DNA from: an archaeon
GTDB taxonomy: Archaea; Iainarchaeota; Iainarchaeia; Iainarchaeales; JANQMZ01
Length of the DNA: 64,000 bases
Direction of reading: 5' to 3'
Assembly: GCA_028279805.1 (NCBI GenBank)
Contig: JANQMZ010000007.1
Span: 214,399 to 278,398 of the forward strand
Position 1 is the first letter of the stretch; every line of letters begins with the position of its first letter. Shown here piece by piece: positions 30,339 to 39,301 of the stretch. A program made the position numbers and the translations under genes. The notes below the pieces were generated by a model. It was given only the letters and a program-made list of their open reading frames with translations, ran no database searches and was not told where the DNA came from.

Positions 30339-30431
30339 TTTTTTAGCTATTAATTGTGGTTTGATAGATTTTAAACCTTTTTTAATTAAATTCAAAAACC
30401 TATTTAAAGCATTAAACAATAATAATTAGCA

Positions 30432-31283
30432 ATGATTCAAAGAAACTGGATTTTAATAGGAGTAATTGTAATTGCTCTTGGCTGGATTTTTTTAAATTTT
30501 GACACTGGCCTGCCTTTTGATACGCAGGAAAATAATGAGGCAAATGTTTTGAATGAACCTGTTTTGAATTCTGAAACTGTTGAAACAAGTGTTAATTTTT
30601 TACAAAATAGTGTGACATTTGCAGATGAAAAAGATTTGGTGAGTACCATTTTTATGAGCCGCAAGGTTGACACGGAAAATGAAGACGAACCGTTTGTTTT
30701 TCAGGGAAGAGAGTATCAGATTGTTATAAACAAAAGCAGCAAAGTTCTGGAAGTAACTTATAATGATTTGGAAAATAAAAAAATGCGTTTTTCTGTGCCT
30801 TATGAAAATGAAGCTTTTTCAAAAAATTCTGTAAGTTTTTCAAATGCGTTTGATGAAAAAGAAGCTGAATTTAAATATTTTGTTTTTGAAAATGAAAATC
30901 TTGTTTATTTTTTTTTAACCGCACAATCTTTTCCTTTGCAGGGGCAAAATTTTTTAAGATTTGAGGGAACTGATACAGACGGAGACGGAGCTGTAGATAT
31001 AGATTATTATGCAAGAGATGCAGAAGCTTTTGGTTTTGATTCAGGTGATTCAATGCCTCTGGTCGGGCACTTTGTTCTTTCAAACAAAGGAAAAGATGTG
31101 AAAGTTTTTGTTAACACTTTAAATGATGCTTTAATTGTTCCTGATGAAACTTTTTCCTATTATTTGGGTCCGGTAATGTTTGACGGGAAATTTTTTAATG
31201 AAACAGGAAAAACAGCTGTTGATTCAGCGGGAAACCAGTTTCAGCTTGACGAAAAAAAAGTTTTAGTTGTTCTTGCTCCTTAA
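30432..31283 (+). CDS. hypothetical secreted/membrane-anchored protein with DxDxDG calcium-binding-like motif
   Basis: 283 aa; N-terminal TM ILIGVIVIALGWIFL; GTDTDGDGAVDIDY motif. Confidence 0.45.
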   Translation: MIQRNWILIGVIVIALGWIFLNFDTGLPFDTQENNEANVLNEPVLNSETVETSVNFLQNSVTFADEKDLVSTIFMSRKVDTENEDEPFVFQGREYQIVINKSSKVLEVTYNDLENKKMRFSVPYENEAFSKNSVSFSNAFDEKEAEFKYFVFENENLVYFFLTAQSFPLQGQNFLRFEGTDTDGDGAVDIDYYARDAEAFGFDSGDSMPLVGHFVLSNKGKDVKVFVNTLNDALIVPDETFSYYLGPVMFDGKFFNETGKTAVDSAGNQFQLDEKKVLVVLAP

Positions 31284-31998
31284 AATTAGTGGTTTTATGG
31301 AAAAAGCAAAAAACAGGAAAAAAAATTTTACCGCAATAGCATTGTTTGTAATAATGCTTGGAAGTTCACTGGTTTTGTTTTACCACATGCCTGAGCTTAT
31401 TGCCCCTGTTTTAGCCACTTTAATAGGAATAAGCATTGTTTTTTTAATCTGGAAAGCAATTCACGGCCCCGGTTCTGTTAAAGAACTTTTAAAGCAAAAA
31501 AGAAAAATTTTGAAAGAAATAAGCATAACAGAAAAAGAGTTTTTCAAAAGAAGGTTATCCGAAAAAGATTACAGGGAGATGATGCAGCAAAAACAAACTG
31601 AATTAATTAAAATTGAGGGAAAAATTGCAGGAATTGAATCAAAAAAATCATTAAAAGAAGAAAAAACAACAAACCTTGCAAAAAACAAACAACATGCTTT
31701 AAAAAAATTATTAGAAGAAAAAAAAAGACTGTCAGATGAAAGAAAGCTTATTGACATAAAATTTCATAAAAGAAAAATTAATCAGCAAATATACGAACAA
31801 CTTGTTAAAAAAAACAAGAAAGAAGAAGTGGAAACAGAAGCATCAATCCAGCAAATTTACAGTGAAAAAACAATTGATGAAATAATGACTGGTTTAAAAA
31901 ACAGGTTAAAAGAACTTGAAAAAGAAAAAAAAATAAGAGCAAAAGGAGAAAAACAGATAATGGAAGAAGATATAATTGAAAGTGTTTCAGAAGAATAA
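31267..31998 (+). CDS. membrane protein with long Lys/Glu-rich coiled-coil tail (start possibly Met 31297)
   Basis: 243 aa; two N-terminal TM helices then charged helical repeat. Confidence 0.4.
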   Translation: MFLLLKISGFMEKAKNRKKNFTAIALFVIMLGSSLVLFYHMPELIAPVLATLIGISIVFLIWKAIHGPGSVKELLKQKRKILKEISITEKEFFKRRLSEKDYREMMQQKQTELIKIEGKIAGIESKKSLKEEKTTNLAKNKQHALKKLLEEKKRLSDERKLIDIKFHKRKINQQIYEQLVKKNKKEEVETEASIQQIYSEKTIDEIMTGLKNRLKELEKEKKIRAKGEKQIMEEDIIESVSEE

Positions 31999-32010
31999 TT
32001 AAATTAGTGA

Positions 32011-32490
32011 TTATGAAATTTTTTCAAGCAAATCCGAAGCAAATTTTTTGATTTCCTCTGTTTTTTTTTCATTCAAATCAAACAAAGATTTAACAGTAAC
32101 AGAACTTACAACATCTGCACCCATAGTACTTAAAATTCCTGACAATTTTTGAACTGTTTTTCCTGCAAGTGCAACTGAAGAGCAAAAAATTCCGAATTTT
32201 TTATTTTCAACATTTTTAAGTTTTCTTACAAAATGTTCAACAACAGGATGCATTGAAAAATTGCTGACAGGCGTCCCGACAATAATCAAATCAAAAGACT
32301 TAACATCAACCAGGTCCTCCTCAAAATCAATTTTTTCAAGTTTGGAATATTCATCTACTTTTACTTCTTTTTTTGGCTTTAATTTTAAAAACTTTATTTT
32401 AAAATTTTTTAATTTGAAAAAATTTTTCAAAGCATTAGCCATTGACTCAGCATTGTCAGCTTTTGAATAAAAAGCAATTAAAACATTCAT
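32011..32490 (-). CDS. flavodoxin-like fold protein
   Basis: 159 aa; MNVLIAFYSKADNAE...DLIIVGTPV pattern of flavodoxin/NADPH-dependent FMN reductase family. Confidence 0.5.
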   Translation of the reverse strand: MNVLIAFYSKADNAESMANALKNFFKLKNFKIKFLKLKPKKEVKVDEYSKLEKIDFEEDLVDVKSFDLIIVGTPVSNFSMHPVVEHFVRKLKNVENKKFGIFCSSVALAGKTVQKLSGILSTMGADVVSSVTVKSLFDLNEKKTEEIKKFASDLLEKIS

Positions 32491-32582
32491 TTTAACACAA
32501 CCTATTTTTACTACAATTATATTAAAACTATTTTTCTCAGGATCATTCTGAATAAAACTGAGCTTGCATTATTTAAAAAACT

Positions 32583-33119
32583 TCAGTAATAACGCCTTAT
32601 AAAAAAATACAAAAATACCGCAATTAAGGAAAAAGCAATCCAGTAACCCAAATCATTAAAAGCAGGCTGTTCAACCGGTTTTTCTTTTTCTTCTGATTCA
32701 AAATTGTTTTGAACAAAAACCTGTAAAATAAATCCAAATTTTATTTGTTCATTTGAAACAGGCTGAATTACAAATTTTGTCCTGTGATTTCCCTGTGAAA
32801 AATTTTCAGGAGGATTAATTGAATAACTTATTTCTTTTTTTTCACCGGGTTCAAGTTTTACAGATGAATGGCTTAAAGATGAAAATTTTTGCAAATCATC
32901 AATAACATCATCATTTATTCCCAAATCATTGTTAACTCTTAATGAAACTTCAATTGGTTTATTTGAATCGTTTTCAACAAAAAAAGAACCGTTAATTTTT
33001 TCACCTGTAAAATCATGATAAATTGTTAAAGGTTTTACAATAATAGCCGGAGACAAAGCAAATGCCTGTGTTAAAAAAATCAAAAAAAACAAAAATGTGA
33101 AAATTTTTTTAAAAAACAT
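32583..33119 (-). CDS. secreted beta-rich protein with C-terminal TM anchor
   Basis: 178 aa; signal peptide FTFLFFLIFLTQAFA, C-terminal WIAFSLIAVFLYFFIRRYY; immediately downstream of large surface protein. Confidence 0.4.
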   Translation of the reverse strand: MFFKKIFTFLFFLIFLTQAFALSPAIIVKPLTIYHDFTGEKINGSFFVENDSNKPIEVSLRVNNDLGINDDVIDDLQKFSSLSHSSVKLEPGEKKEISYSINPPENFSQGNHRTKFVIQPVSNEQIKFGFILQVFVQNNFESEEKEKPVEQPAFNDLGYWIAFSLIAVFLYFFIRRYY

Positions 33120-33130
33120 TTAAAAAACCA

Positions 33131-35362
33131 TTAAGTGCAAGGAGCTGCAGCAGAATCATCAGCTGCTGTTGTATCTTCCGCAATGTAAAAAGTTACATTT
33201 ACATCCAAAGATGTTGTATCCGGTTCATCATCCGGAACAAGAATTGCAATTCCAACATTAATTTTATCATTAGTTGAATCAAGCTGTTCACAAATCTGGC
33301 CTGAATTTCTGCCCAGACCAACAATGTTAAAATCAGTCCAGCCTGTCTGAGCAAAACCACCTTCACAGGAACTAGCCACATTGTTATCTGAAATAAACCT
33401 GAAATAATTCCTGTCAGAACCTCCGCTTGTACCATTCCAGGATAATTGTTGTGCACAAGTGCTGACATCAATATCAACATTTCCGGTATTGGTAATCAAA
33501 AAAGGAGTGTCACTATCTCCATTTTCATCAGAAGCACCGTTGTTTAAAGTAAAAGTCATGGGGCTGTTTGTAACATCAATTGTAACAGTTGAAGCAACTG
33601 CCTGGGTTGTAATTGTTCTGTCAGTTCCCAAGGACGTGTTAGCATCAGCTTTTGTTCCGTTTCCAGAAAATCTTAACTCATAAGCTTGAGCTGTTGTAGT
33701 GCTGTTCACATCCCATTTAGGAGTATAACTTTGATTATAAGCCAAATGGGTTGACTGAGGATTTGCGCCTGAAGTAATATACAAAGGGCTTGTGTTAACG
33801 GTATTCATGTCCCAAAAGTCTGTACATCCCGCGCCAACACAATACTGTAAAGTTGTGTCAACAACTCCACAATTAGCATCATTGCATGTTACTGTTCCTT
33901 CAACCAAAAATTCTTCACTCACATTAATTGTAGTGTTCGCATCAGACGGAGGAGAAGTAATATTAAAACTTAAATTTCCATCCTTTTCAGTGTAAGAAAC
34001 ATTAATGTCAATATTATCCCAAAATGACCTTAAGCCTGTTGGAAAAGAAGTTGGATTTGCAACAGCATAAACACCAAAATCAACATGGTTAATGTCAGCA
34101 GATGTCCAGGTTGTTCCCCACAAATCATTTGTTGCCCCAACAGTTTCACGAATCGGAGTTGTGCTTGCAATACTTGCAGTTGACTTTGTATCACCGGTTG
34201 CTGTTCCCGCTTTAACCAGCTGCAAATCTGTTTGCCAAGTGTTTCCTGTCTGAGTATGCCTTTCAACTCTAACTTCAATTCCGTTAATTTGAGCTCCTAC
34301 AGGAACATCAAAATCAAAATCATCATAAGTTGCTTCTCCTGCAATAGCAACATACCTGTTGGTTGTATTAACATCATCAGAAGTCCACGCATTGTTTGGG
34401 TTATCAACACCGTCGCTTGAAGCTGTTGCAGTCGGATCCTTAAAGCTTCCCGGTTCAGACAATGTTAAAGTTCTGTCTGTTCCCGAAGAATTTCCGGTAT
34501 TTGCCTTTGTTCCGCTTGCCTGTACCCTTAATTCATATGATTGGGCAGTAAAACTTGATTCAACAACCCAGCTTTGAGTAAAACTTTGATTATAACCCAA
34601 ATGCTGGCTCTGAGGATTGTTACCAGAGGATAAAAACAAAGGAGCCGAAGCATCAGAATTCATATCCCAAAAATCAGTGCAACCAGAACCGACACAGTAT
34701 TGTAAATTTGCATCAACAACTCCACAATTAGCATCATCACACGTTACTGACCCTTCAACCAAAAACAAGCTGTTTGTATCAATTGTTGTATTGGCATCAG
34801 CTGACGGAGTAGTAATGCTTGCAGTAAAATTCCCATCATTCTCAGTATAAGAAACACTAATATCAACATCATCCCAGTTCGCAGGATCTCCACTAATAGG
34901 AGCAGTTCTTACTAAACCAACACCAAAGTCTGCGCTGTTAATATCTGCAACGGTTAAAGTTGTTCCCCACATATCCGTGGTTGACCCGGCTGTCTGAGTC
35001 ACATCACTGGTAGAATTAGTTTGAAAGGAACTGGAATCTGTGTTTCCAATAAGTCCTGTGCTATCTCTTAACTGTGCAGTAGTGGTTATGGTTGAAAACC
35101 CTGTAACTTTCCATTCAAGCCTAACCCTGATTCCGTTAATTGTTGCACCAATTGGAATATCAAAACCGAAAGTGTCATAATGACCGGTTTGACCCAAACC
35201 ACAAGTTGTTCTTGAATCATCGGAAGCCCAGGCATTATCAGGACTGGAACAAGTTCCCGAATGAGTTGCTGTCGGATCAGTAAAAGCTGTGTCAGTTGCA
35301 AAAACAAGCAATGCTGAAAATATTAATAAGAATAAAACCATTAACCCCGAAGCATTTTTCAT
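33131..35362 (-). CDS. large secreted Thr/Ser/Asn/Asp/Gly-rich surface protein with two approx 285 aa tandem repeats
   Basis: 743 aa; signal peptide; repeated blocks DPTAT...NAW(A/T)SDD...INGI(R/E)VR... and VTC(D/N)DANCGVVD..LQYCVG(S/A)GCTDFWDMN...; Cys pairs. Confidence 0.6.
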   Translation of the reverse strand: MKNASGLMVLFLLIFSALLVFATDTAFTDPTATHSGTCSSPDNAWASDDSRTTCGLGQTGHYDTFGFDIPIGATINGIRVRLEWKVTGFSTITTTAQLRDSTGLIGNTDSSSFQTNSTSDVTQTAGSTTDMWGTTLTVADINSADFGVGLVRTAPISGDPANWDDVDISVSYTENDGNFTASITTPSADANTTIDTNSLFLVEGSVTCDDANCGVVDANLQYCVGSGCTDFWDMNSDASAPLFLSSGNNPQSQHLGYNQSFTQSWVVESSFTAQSYELRVQASGTKANTGNSSGTDRTLTLSEPGSFKDPTATASSDGVDNPNNAWTSDDVNTTNRYVAIAGEATYDDFDFDVPVGAQINGIEVRVERHTQTGNTWQTDLQLVKAGTATGDTKSTASIASTTPIRETVGATNDLWGTTWTSADINHVDFGVYAVANPTSFPTGLRSFWDNIDINVSYTEKDGNLSFNITSPPSDANTTINVSEEFLVEGTVTCNDANCGVVDTTLQYCVGAGCTDFWDMNTVNTSPLYITSGANPQSTHLAYNQSYTPKWDVNSTTTAQAYELRFSGNGTKADANTSLGTDRTITTQAVASTVTIDVTNSPMTFTLNNGASDENGDSDTPFLITNTGNVDIDVSTCAQQLSWNGTSGGSDRNYFRFISDNNVASSCEGGFAQTGWTDFNIVGLGRNSGQICEQLDSTNDKINVGIAILVPDDEPDTTSLDVNVTFYIAEDTTAADDSAAAPCT
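33605..35290. repeat. internal tandem duplication (period approx 855 bp) inside the surface-protein gene
   Basis: Homologous plus-strand shadow ORFs at 33792-33995 and 34617-34850 end 855 nt apart; protein repeats align. Confidence 0.6.
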
Positions 35363-35403
35363 GTTATTAAATAGTTGTTTTAATTTTAAAAAAGAATGCT
35401 ATT

Positions 35404-35832
35404 TCAGTTTAACAGCTTTTCAAATGCTTTTAAAATGTTGTTGGCAACGCCTTTAATTTCATCTTTTGCATATTCAACATGCGTCCATTTTAATCCAACT
35501 TTGTCTTTTTTAAACCGTGGAATTATGTGCACATGCAAATGAAAAACTTCCTGTCCGGCGGCTTTACCGTTTGAAACATGAATATTATAGCCGTCAGCTT
35601 TTACAGCATCAACAGTTGCTTTTGCAACTTTTTTTGAAGCTTTAAAAATTTTTTCAATCAAATCTGAGGGCAATTCGTTAAAATCTTTAAAATGCTGTTT
35701 TGGAACAATTAAAGTGTGGCCTTTGCTTGCAGGATTAATATCCAAAAAAGCCACAATGTCTTTGTTTTCAAAAACTTTTGTGGCAGGTAAATCATTTGCA
35801 ACAATTTTACAAAAAACACAGTCATTGCTCAT
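35404..35832 (-). CDS. HIT-family (histidine triad) nucleotide hydrolase
   Basis: 142 aa; HIT motif VFHLHVHIIP. Confidence 0.8.
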   Translation of the reverse strand: MSNDCVFCKIVANDLPATKVFENKDIVAFLDINPASKGHTLIVPKQHFKDFNELPSDLIEKIFKASKKVAKATVDAVKADGYNIHVSNGKAAGQEVFHLHVHIIPRFKKDKVGLKWTHVEYAKDEIKGVANNILKAFEKLLN

Positions 35833-35863
35833 GCCAAAATTAAAACAGCAAATTGCTAAAAAA

Positions 35864-36388
35864 TTAACCTTTGGTTATTTCAACAATTTTCACTGAAAAA
35901 ATTAAAGTTTTTCCGGCTAAAAAATGATTAAAATCAACTTTAACAGTTTGATTGTCAACTTCAACAATTTTTCCCCTTTGACCATTTAAAACAAGTTCAG
36001 TTCCGATTTCCGGAACAATTCCCTGGTCTTCAAACTGGCTTAATGGAACTCCAACAATTAAAGAAGAATCAGTTTCACCATAACCGTCTTTCGGAGCAAT
36101 AACCAAATCTTTTTCCTCATCAAGCTTTAATCCAATAACACCATTATCAAAACCTTTAATCATTTGACCTGCTCCCGCCTTAAACTCTAAAGGGTCACGC
36201 CCTTCACTTGAATCAAAAACAGAACCGTCTTCCAGTTTTCCGGTATAATGAACTTTAATAGTGTCACCAGATTCAACAATTTTACTCATATCAACATCAA
36301 CTCCTTTATCCGTTTCAACATTACCCTGATTTGAAGTGCATCCCAACACCAACAAAAACAATCCTAAAATTAAAACAATTTTTTTCAT
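35864..36388 (-). CDS. FKBP-type peptidyl-prolyl cis-trans isomerase, lipobox-type signal peptide
   Basis: FKBP core GDTIKVHYTGKLEDGSVFDSS...LEFKAGAGQMIKGFDNGV; N-terminal MKKIVLILGLFLLVLGCTS; annotated start 36454 rejected (extension overlaps conserved hairpin element). Confidence 0.75.
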   Translation of the reverse strand: MKKIVLILGLFLLVLGCTSNQGNVETDKGVDVDMSKIVESGDTIKVHYTGKLEDGSVFDSSEGRDPLEFKAGAGQMIKGFDNGVIGLKLDEEKDLVIAPKDGYGETDSSLIVGVPLSQFEDQGIVPEIGTELVLNGQRGKIVEVDNQTVKVDFNHFLAGKTLIFSVKIVEITKG

Positions 36389-36462
36389 AAAATGAAATAA
36401 CTTACAAAACATTTTTAAGTCCCAGTGAAACTGGGACGTTCGCAGCCGGAACACCGGCTAAG

Positions 36463-36546
36463 CGCAGGGGACGAGATTTGAACTCGCGCGTTCCGAAGAA
36501 CACAAGCTTTCCAGGCTTGCGCGTTAAACCACTCCGCCACCCCTGC
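36463..36546 (-). tRNA. tRNA-Ser (anticodon GGA), long variable arm
   Basis: GCAGGGGTGGCGGAGTGGTTTAACGCGCAAGCCTGGAAAGCTTGTGTTCTTCGGAACGCGCGAGTTCAAATCTCGTCCCCTGCG. Confidence 0.85.
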
Positions 36547-36568
36547 AAACCGATTGCATAATTGATTT

Positions 36569-36599
36569 TATGTGCTATCTTTAAATAGCATCTGAAGCG
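36569..36599 (+). promoter_or_regulatory. second copy of palindromic TATA-containing element (tatgtgctatctttaaatagcatctgaagcg), 42 nt upstream of tRNA-Ser(GGA) on the opposite strand
   Basis: 29/31 identical to 3772-3802; TATA tttaaata. Confidence 0.45.
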
Positions 36600-36682
36600 T
36601 TCCGTCCGGACGCAACCGCGCTCTCAAGAGCGCAAGTGCTATCGCAGATAGCACGCGGATTGTCCCTACGCAATGGGACAAG

Positions 36683-36766
36683 CGCAGAGAGAGAGATTCG
36701 AACTCCCGCGTTCCGAAGAACACCAGGTCTCAAGCCTGGCGCGTTAAACCACTCCGCCATCTCTGC
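36683..36766 (-). tRNA. tRNA-Ser (anticodon TGA), long variable arm
   Basis: GCAGAGATGGCGGAGTGGTTTAACGCGCCAGGCTTGAGACCTGGTGTTCTTCGGAACGCGGGAGTTCGAATCTCTCTCTCTGCG. Confidence 0.85.
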
Positions 36767-36933
36767 ATCGCCTGTGTTCAGGCGGCAAACTTGCTGCTTT
36801 CAGCAGCAAATCCGAAGCTTTGCTTCGGAAGTCCCAATGCAATTGGGACGTTCTCACGCGGAACACCGCGTAAATGGACAATTATTGCCCTAATGCTTAC
36901 CAATTAAAGAATTTAAGTGTTTTAAATACTTCT

Positions 36934-38046
36934 ATGAAAAAGGATTTTCTTGTTTTAGAGGATAAACTGGAGCGAATTACTGATGAACTGGATACTGATT
37001 TGTCAAAATATATTACTCCGGTTAATGCTATAAGTGAAGAGAAAAAGTTTTTTGAAGCATTGGAAAAAGGCGAGGAATATAATCCTGTTTTTGAATATTT
37101 GCCAAAAAACCCGCTTTATTCTCATTTGAAAATGAGCCCTGAATATAAGGAAAAATTAACAGAATTAACTTTGATTCAGACAGGGGAAAAAGGTGTGTCA
37201 AAATTGTTAGGTAAAAAAAAACAGGATTTGATTAAAAAAATGGAATTTATCAGAATGATTGGAACTGAAAAGTTCGGGGAACAATCAGTCGAATTTTTTG
37301 GAAAGCCAAGCAAAAAACTTGTAAAAGATTCAATTAAAGAATTGAAAAAAAAAGTTAAACCGGATGAAAAAAACATTTCAGCTGAAAAAATGGTTTCAGA
37401 ATTAAAAAATTTTTTAAAAAAGAAAAAAATTAAGTTTAATGTTTTAATTGAGGAAAAAATGTCAGCAGATGCAGCTGTTTTAAATTCTGTTCACGAATTA
37501 AGAATCAGAAAAGATGCAATGTTTTCAGAATTGGATGTTAAAAGATTAGAAATTCATGAAATTGAAACACATATTTACAGGCATTTGAATGGTCACAGGC
37601 AACCGTATAAACTTTTTTTAACAGGCACTGACAGAAACTGGTTGATTACAGAGGAAGGGTTGGCTGTTGCAAATGAAAAACTGTTTAATTGTTGCAGTTC
37701 TGCCAGGTTAAAAAAATATGCAGGCAGGGTTTTGTCCGTTCATAAAAGTCTGAATAATTCTTTTTATGATGTTTTTAAATATTTGGAAAAATTTTTTGAA
37801 CCGGAACAGGCTTTTAGAATTGCTTTGCGTTCAAAAAGAGGAACTTGTATTACTGAAAATCCGGGAGGTTATACAAAAGATTATTTTTATTCAGAAGGAA
37901 TTAAAAGAATTAATAAATTTTTAAAAAAAGGAAACATTGAAGACTTGTATTATGGTAAAATTTCAATTGAAGATATTAATGAATTTAAATCAATTCCCGA
38001 ACTTGTTAAACCAAAATATTTACCTGATTACAAAAAGGTTTTGTAA
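36934..38046 (+). CDS. DUF1704-family protein (MATCAP-like putative metallopeptidase; HExxxH + EEGLA motifs)
   Basis: HEIETH (HExxxH) followed approx 30 aa later by ITEEGLAV (QEGLA-like); start moved to Met 36934 because 36874-36933 overlaps hairpin array. Confidence 0.5.
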   Translation: MKKDFLVLEDKLERITDELDTDLSKYITPVNAISEEKKFFEALEKGEEYNPVFEYLPKNPLYSHLKMSPEYKEKLTELTLIQTGEKGVSKLLGKKKQDLIKKMEFIRMIGTEKFGEQSVEFFGKPSKKLVKDSIKELKKKVKPDEKNISAEKMVSELKNFLKKKKIKFNVLIEEKMSADAAVLNSVHELRIRKDAMFSELDVKRLEIHEIETHIYRHLNGHRQPYKLFLTGTDRNWLITEEGLAVANEKLFNCCSSARLKKYAGRVLSVHKSLNNSFYDVFKYLEKFFEPEQAFRIALRSKRGTCITENPGGYTKDYFYSEGIKRINKFLKKGNIEDLYYGKISIEDINEFKSIPELVKPKYLPDYKKVL

Positions 38047-38192
38047 TAATGCGAACGAAGTAAGCAAGTGTCACTGAAAGTGGCACGCCGATTGCGCCTA
38101 GGCAATGGCGCTGGGACAGAAAGTAATAAATAATCCAAAATCCTACTTTTTCCGTAAGTTTTGCCTTACTTATAGCTGAAAAAGGGGATTTT

Positions 38193-39107
38193 ATGGCGGA
38201 TATAACTGGACAATTGCTTCAAACAGGAAGCGAGTTTTTAGACGCTTTAAACCCTTTATGGGTTATTATTGTTACTGTTATTGTTGCCAAGCTTTTTAAT
38301 CTTCTGGCAAACAAGTTCATGGCAAGAGTTTCAAAAAATATTAAGGTTCATGAAACACAGTTTTTGCTTGCTATTCGATTTATTTCTGCTTTAATTTATT
38401 TTACGGGTTTTATTGTTGCAGGTTCAATGATTCCTGAACTGCAGTCAGTGGCTGTTTCAATTTTTGCATCCGCAGGTATTCTTGCAATTGTTGTCGGTTT
38501 TGCTGCACAGCAAACTTTGTCTAATTTTATTTCCGGAATTTTTATAGGAATGTTTCAGCCTTTCAGGGTTGGGGACAGGATTACAATTGAAAAAGAATAT
38601 GGCGTTGTTGAGGACATTACTTTAAGGCATACTGTTATCAGAACAAGGGATAATAGAAGAGTGGTTGTTCCAAATTCTCAGATTAATGACAGCATGATTA
38701 TTAATTATACTATTAATGATGCAAAAATTTTACGGGAAGTTGATGTAACCATAAGTTATGATTCTGATATTGATTTTGCCAAAAAAATACTGGAAAAAGA
38801 AATCAAAAAACTGCCTGATTTTCACGGAATAATTAAAAAATCTGAAATAATGGGAGAAAAAGATGTTTTAATCAGAGTTGTTGACCTGGGAGAATTCGGA
38901 ATAAAATTAAGATGTTATTTTTGGGCTCCCGACTGGGCTACTTCAAGAAGAATGAAACAAAAACTTCTTGAAAATGCTAAAAAAGCTTTTGACAGGGAAG
39001 GAGTTGAAATTCCTTATCCTTACAGAACAATTGTTTACAAAAAAGATTTAAAAAAAACAAGAAAAGCGCCGCAGAAAAAAAGAAAAACAAAATCTAAAAA
39101 AAATTAG
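38193..39107 (+). CDS. mscS: small-conductance mechanosensitive channel (MscS family)
   Basis: 304 aa; TM helices then conserved MscS beta domain FRVGDRITIEKEYGVVEDITLRHTVIRTRDNRRVVVPNSQI. Confidence 0.85.
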   Translation: MADITGQLLQTGSEFLDALNPLWVIIVTVIVAKLFNLLANKFMARVSKNIKVHETQFLLAIRFISALIYFTGFIVAGSMIPELQSVAVSIFASAGILAIVVGFAAQQTLSNFISGIFIGMFQPFRVGDRITIEKEYGVVEDITLRHTVIRTRDNRRVVVPNSQINDSMIINYTINDAKILREVDVTISYDSDIDFAKKILEKEIKKLPDFHGIIKKSEIMGEKDVLIRVVDLGEFGIKLRCYFWAPDWATSRRMKQKLLENAKKAFDREGVEIPYPYRTIVYKKDLKKTRKAPQKKRKTKSKKN

Positions 39108-39301
39108 ATTGTTAATGGGGAAAAGCCAGGGAACCGACAAGCGGTATAGCTTCACCCCTTAACTCCCAACACACGTAGTAATAATTTTACGATTTGTTTA
39201 AAAACTTAATTCGCAAAAATGCTACATAAAATTTTATACATAATTTTTTTGTTTTTTTAACTTAACACTTGTTATTTAAGTTTTTCTTAAAAGAAATTAG
39301 T

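Noticed and set aside
30190-30419. N-terminal extension of the membrane-protein ORF (to 30258) and ORF 30138-30419
   Set aside because: They overlap the tRNA-Arg gene and its conserved trailer; they are spurious.
36389-36454. N-terminal extension MFRLRTSQFHWDLKMFCKLFHF of the FKBP ORF
   Set aside because: It overlaps the conserved tRNA trailer hairpin (its ATG lies in the hairpin loop); a proper signal peptide begins at the internal Met (MKKIVLILG...).
36603-36612. cgtccggacg 10-mer palindrome considered as restriction-site-like or regulatory
   Set aside because: It is a single short occurrence inside the hairpin-rich spacer, too short to interpret.
39117-39170. GC-rich hairpin ggggaaaagccagggaaccgacaagcggtatagcttcacccc considered as tRNA or SRP RNA fragment
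   Set aside because: It has no T-loop (GTTCRANYC), no cloverleaf and no SRP helix-8 motifs; it is probably just a terminator-like hairpin after mscS.
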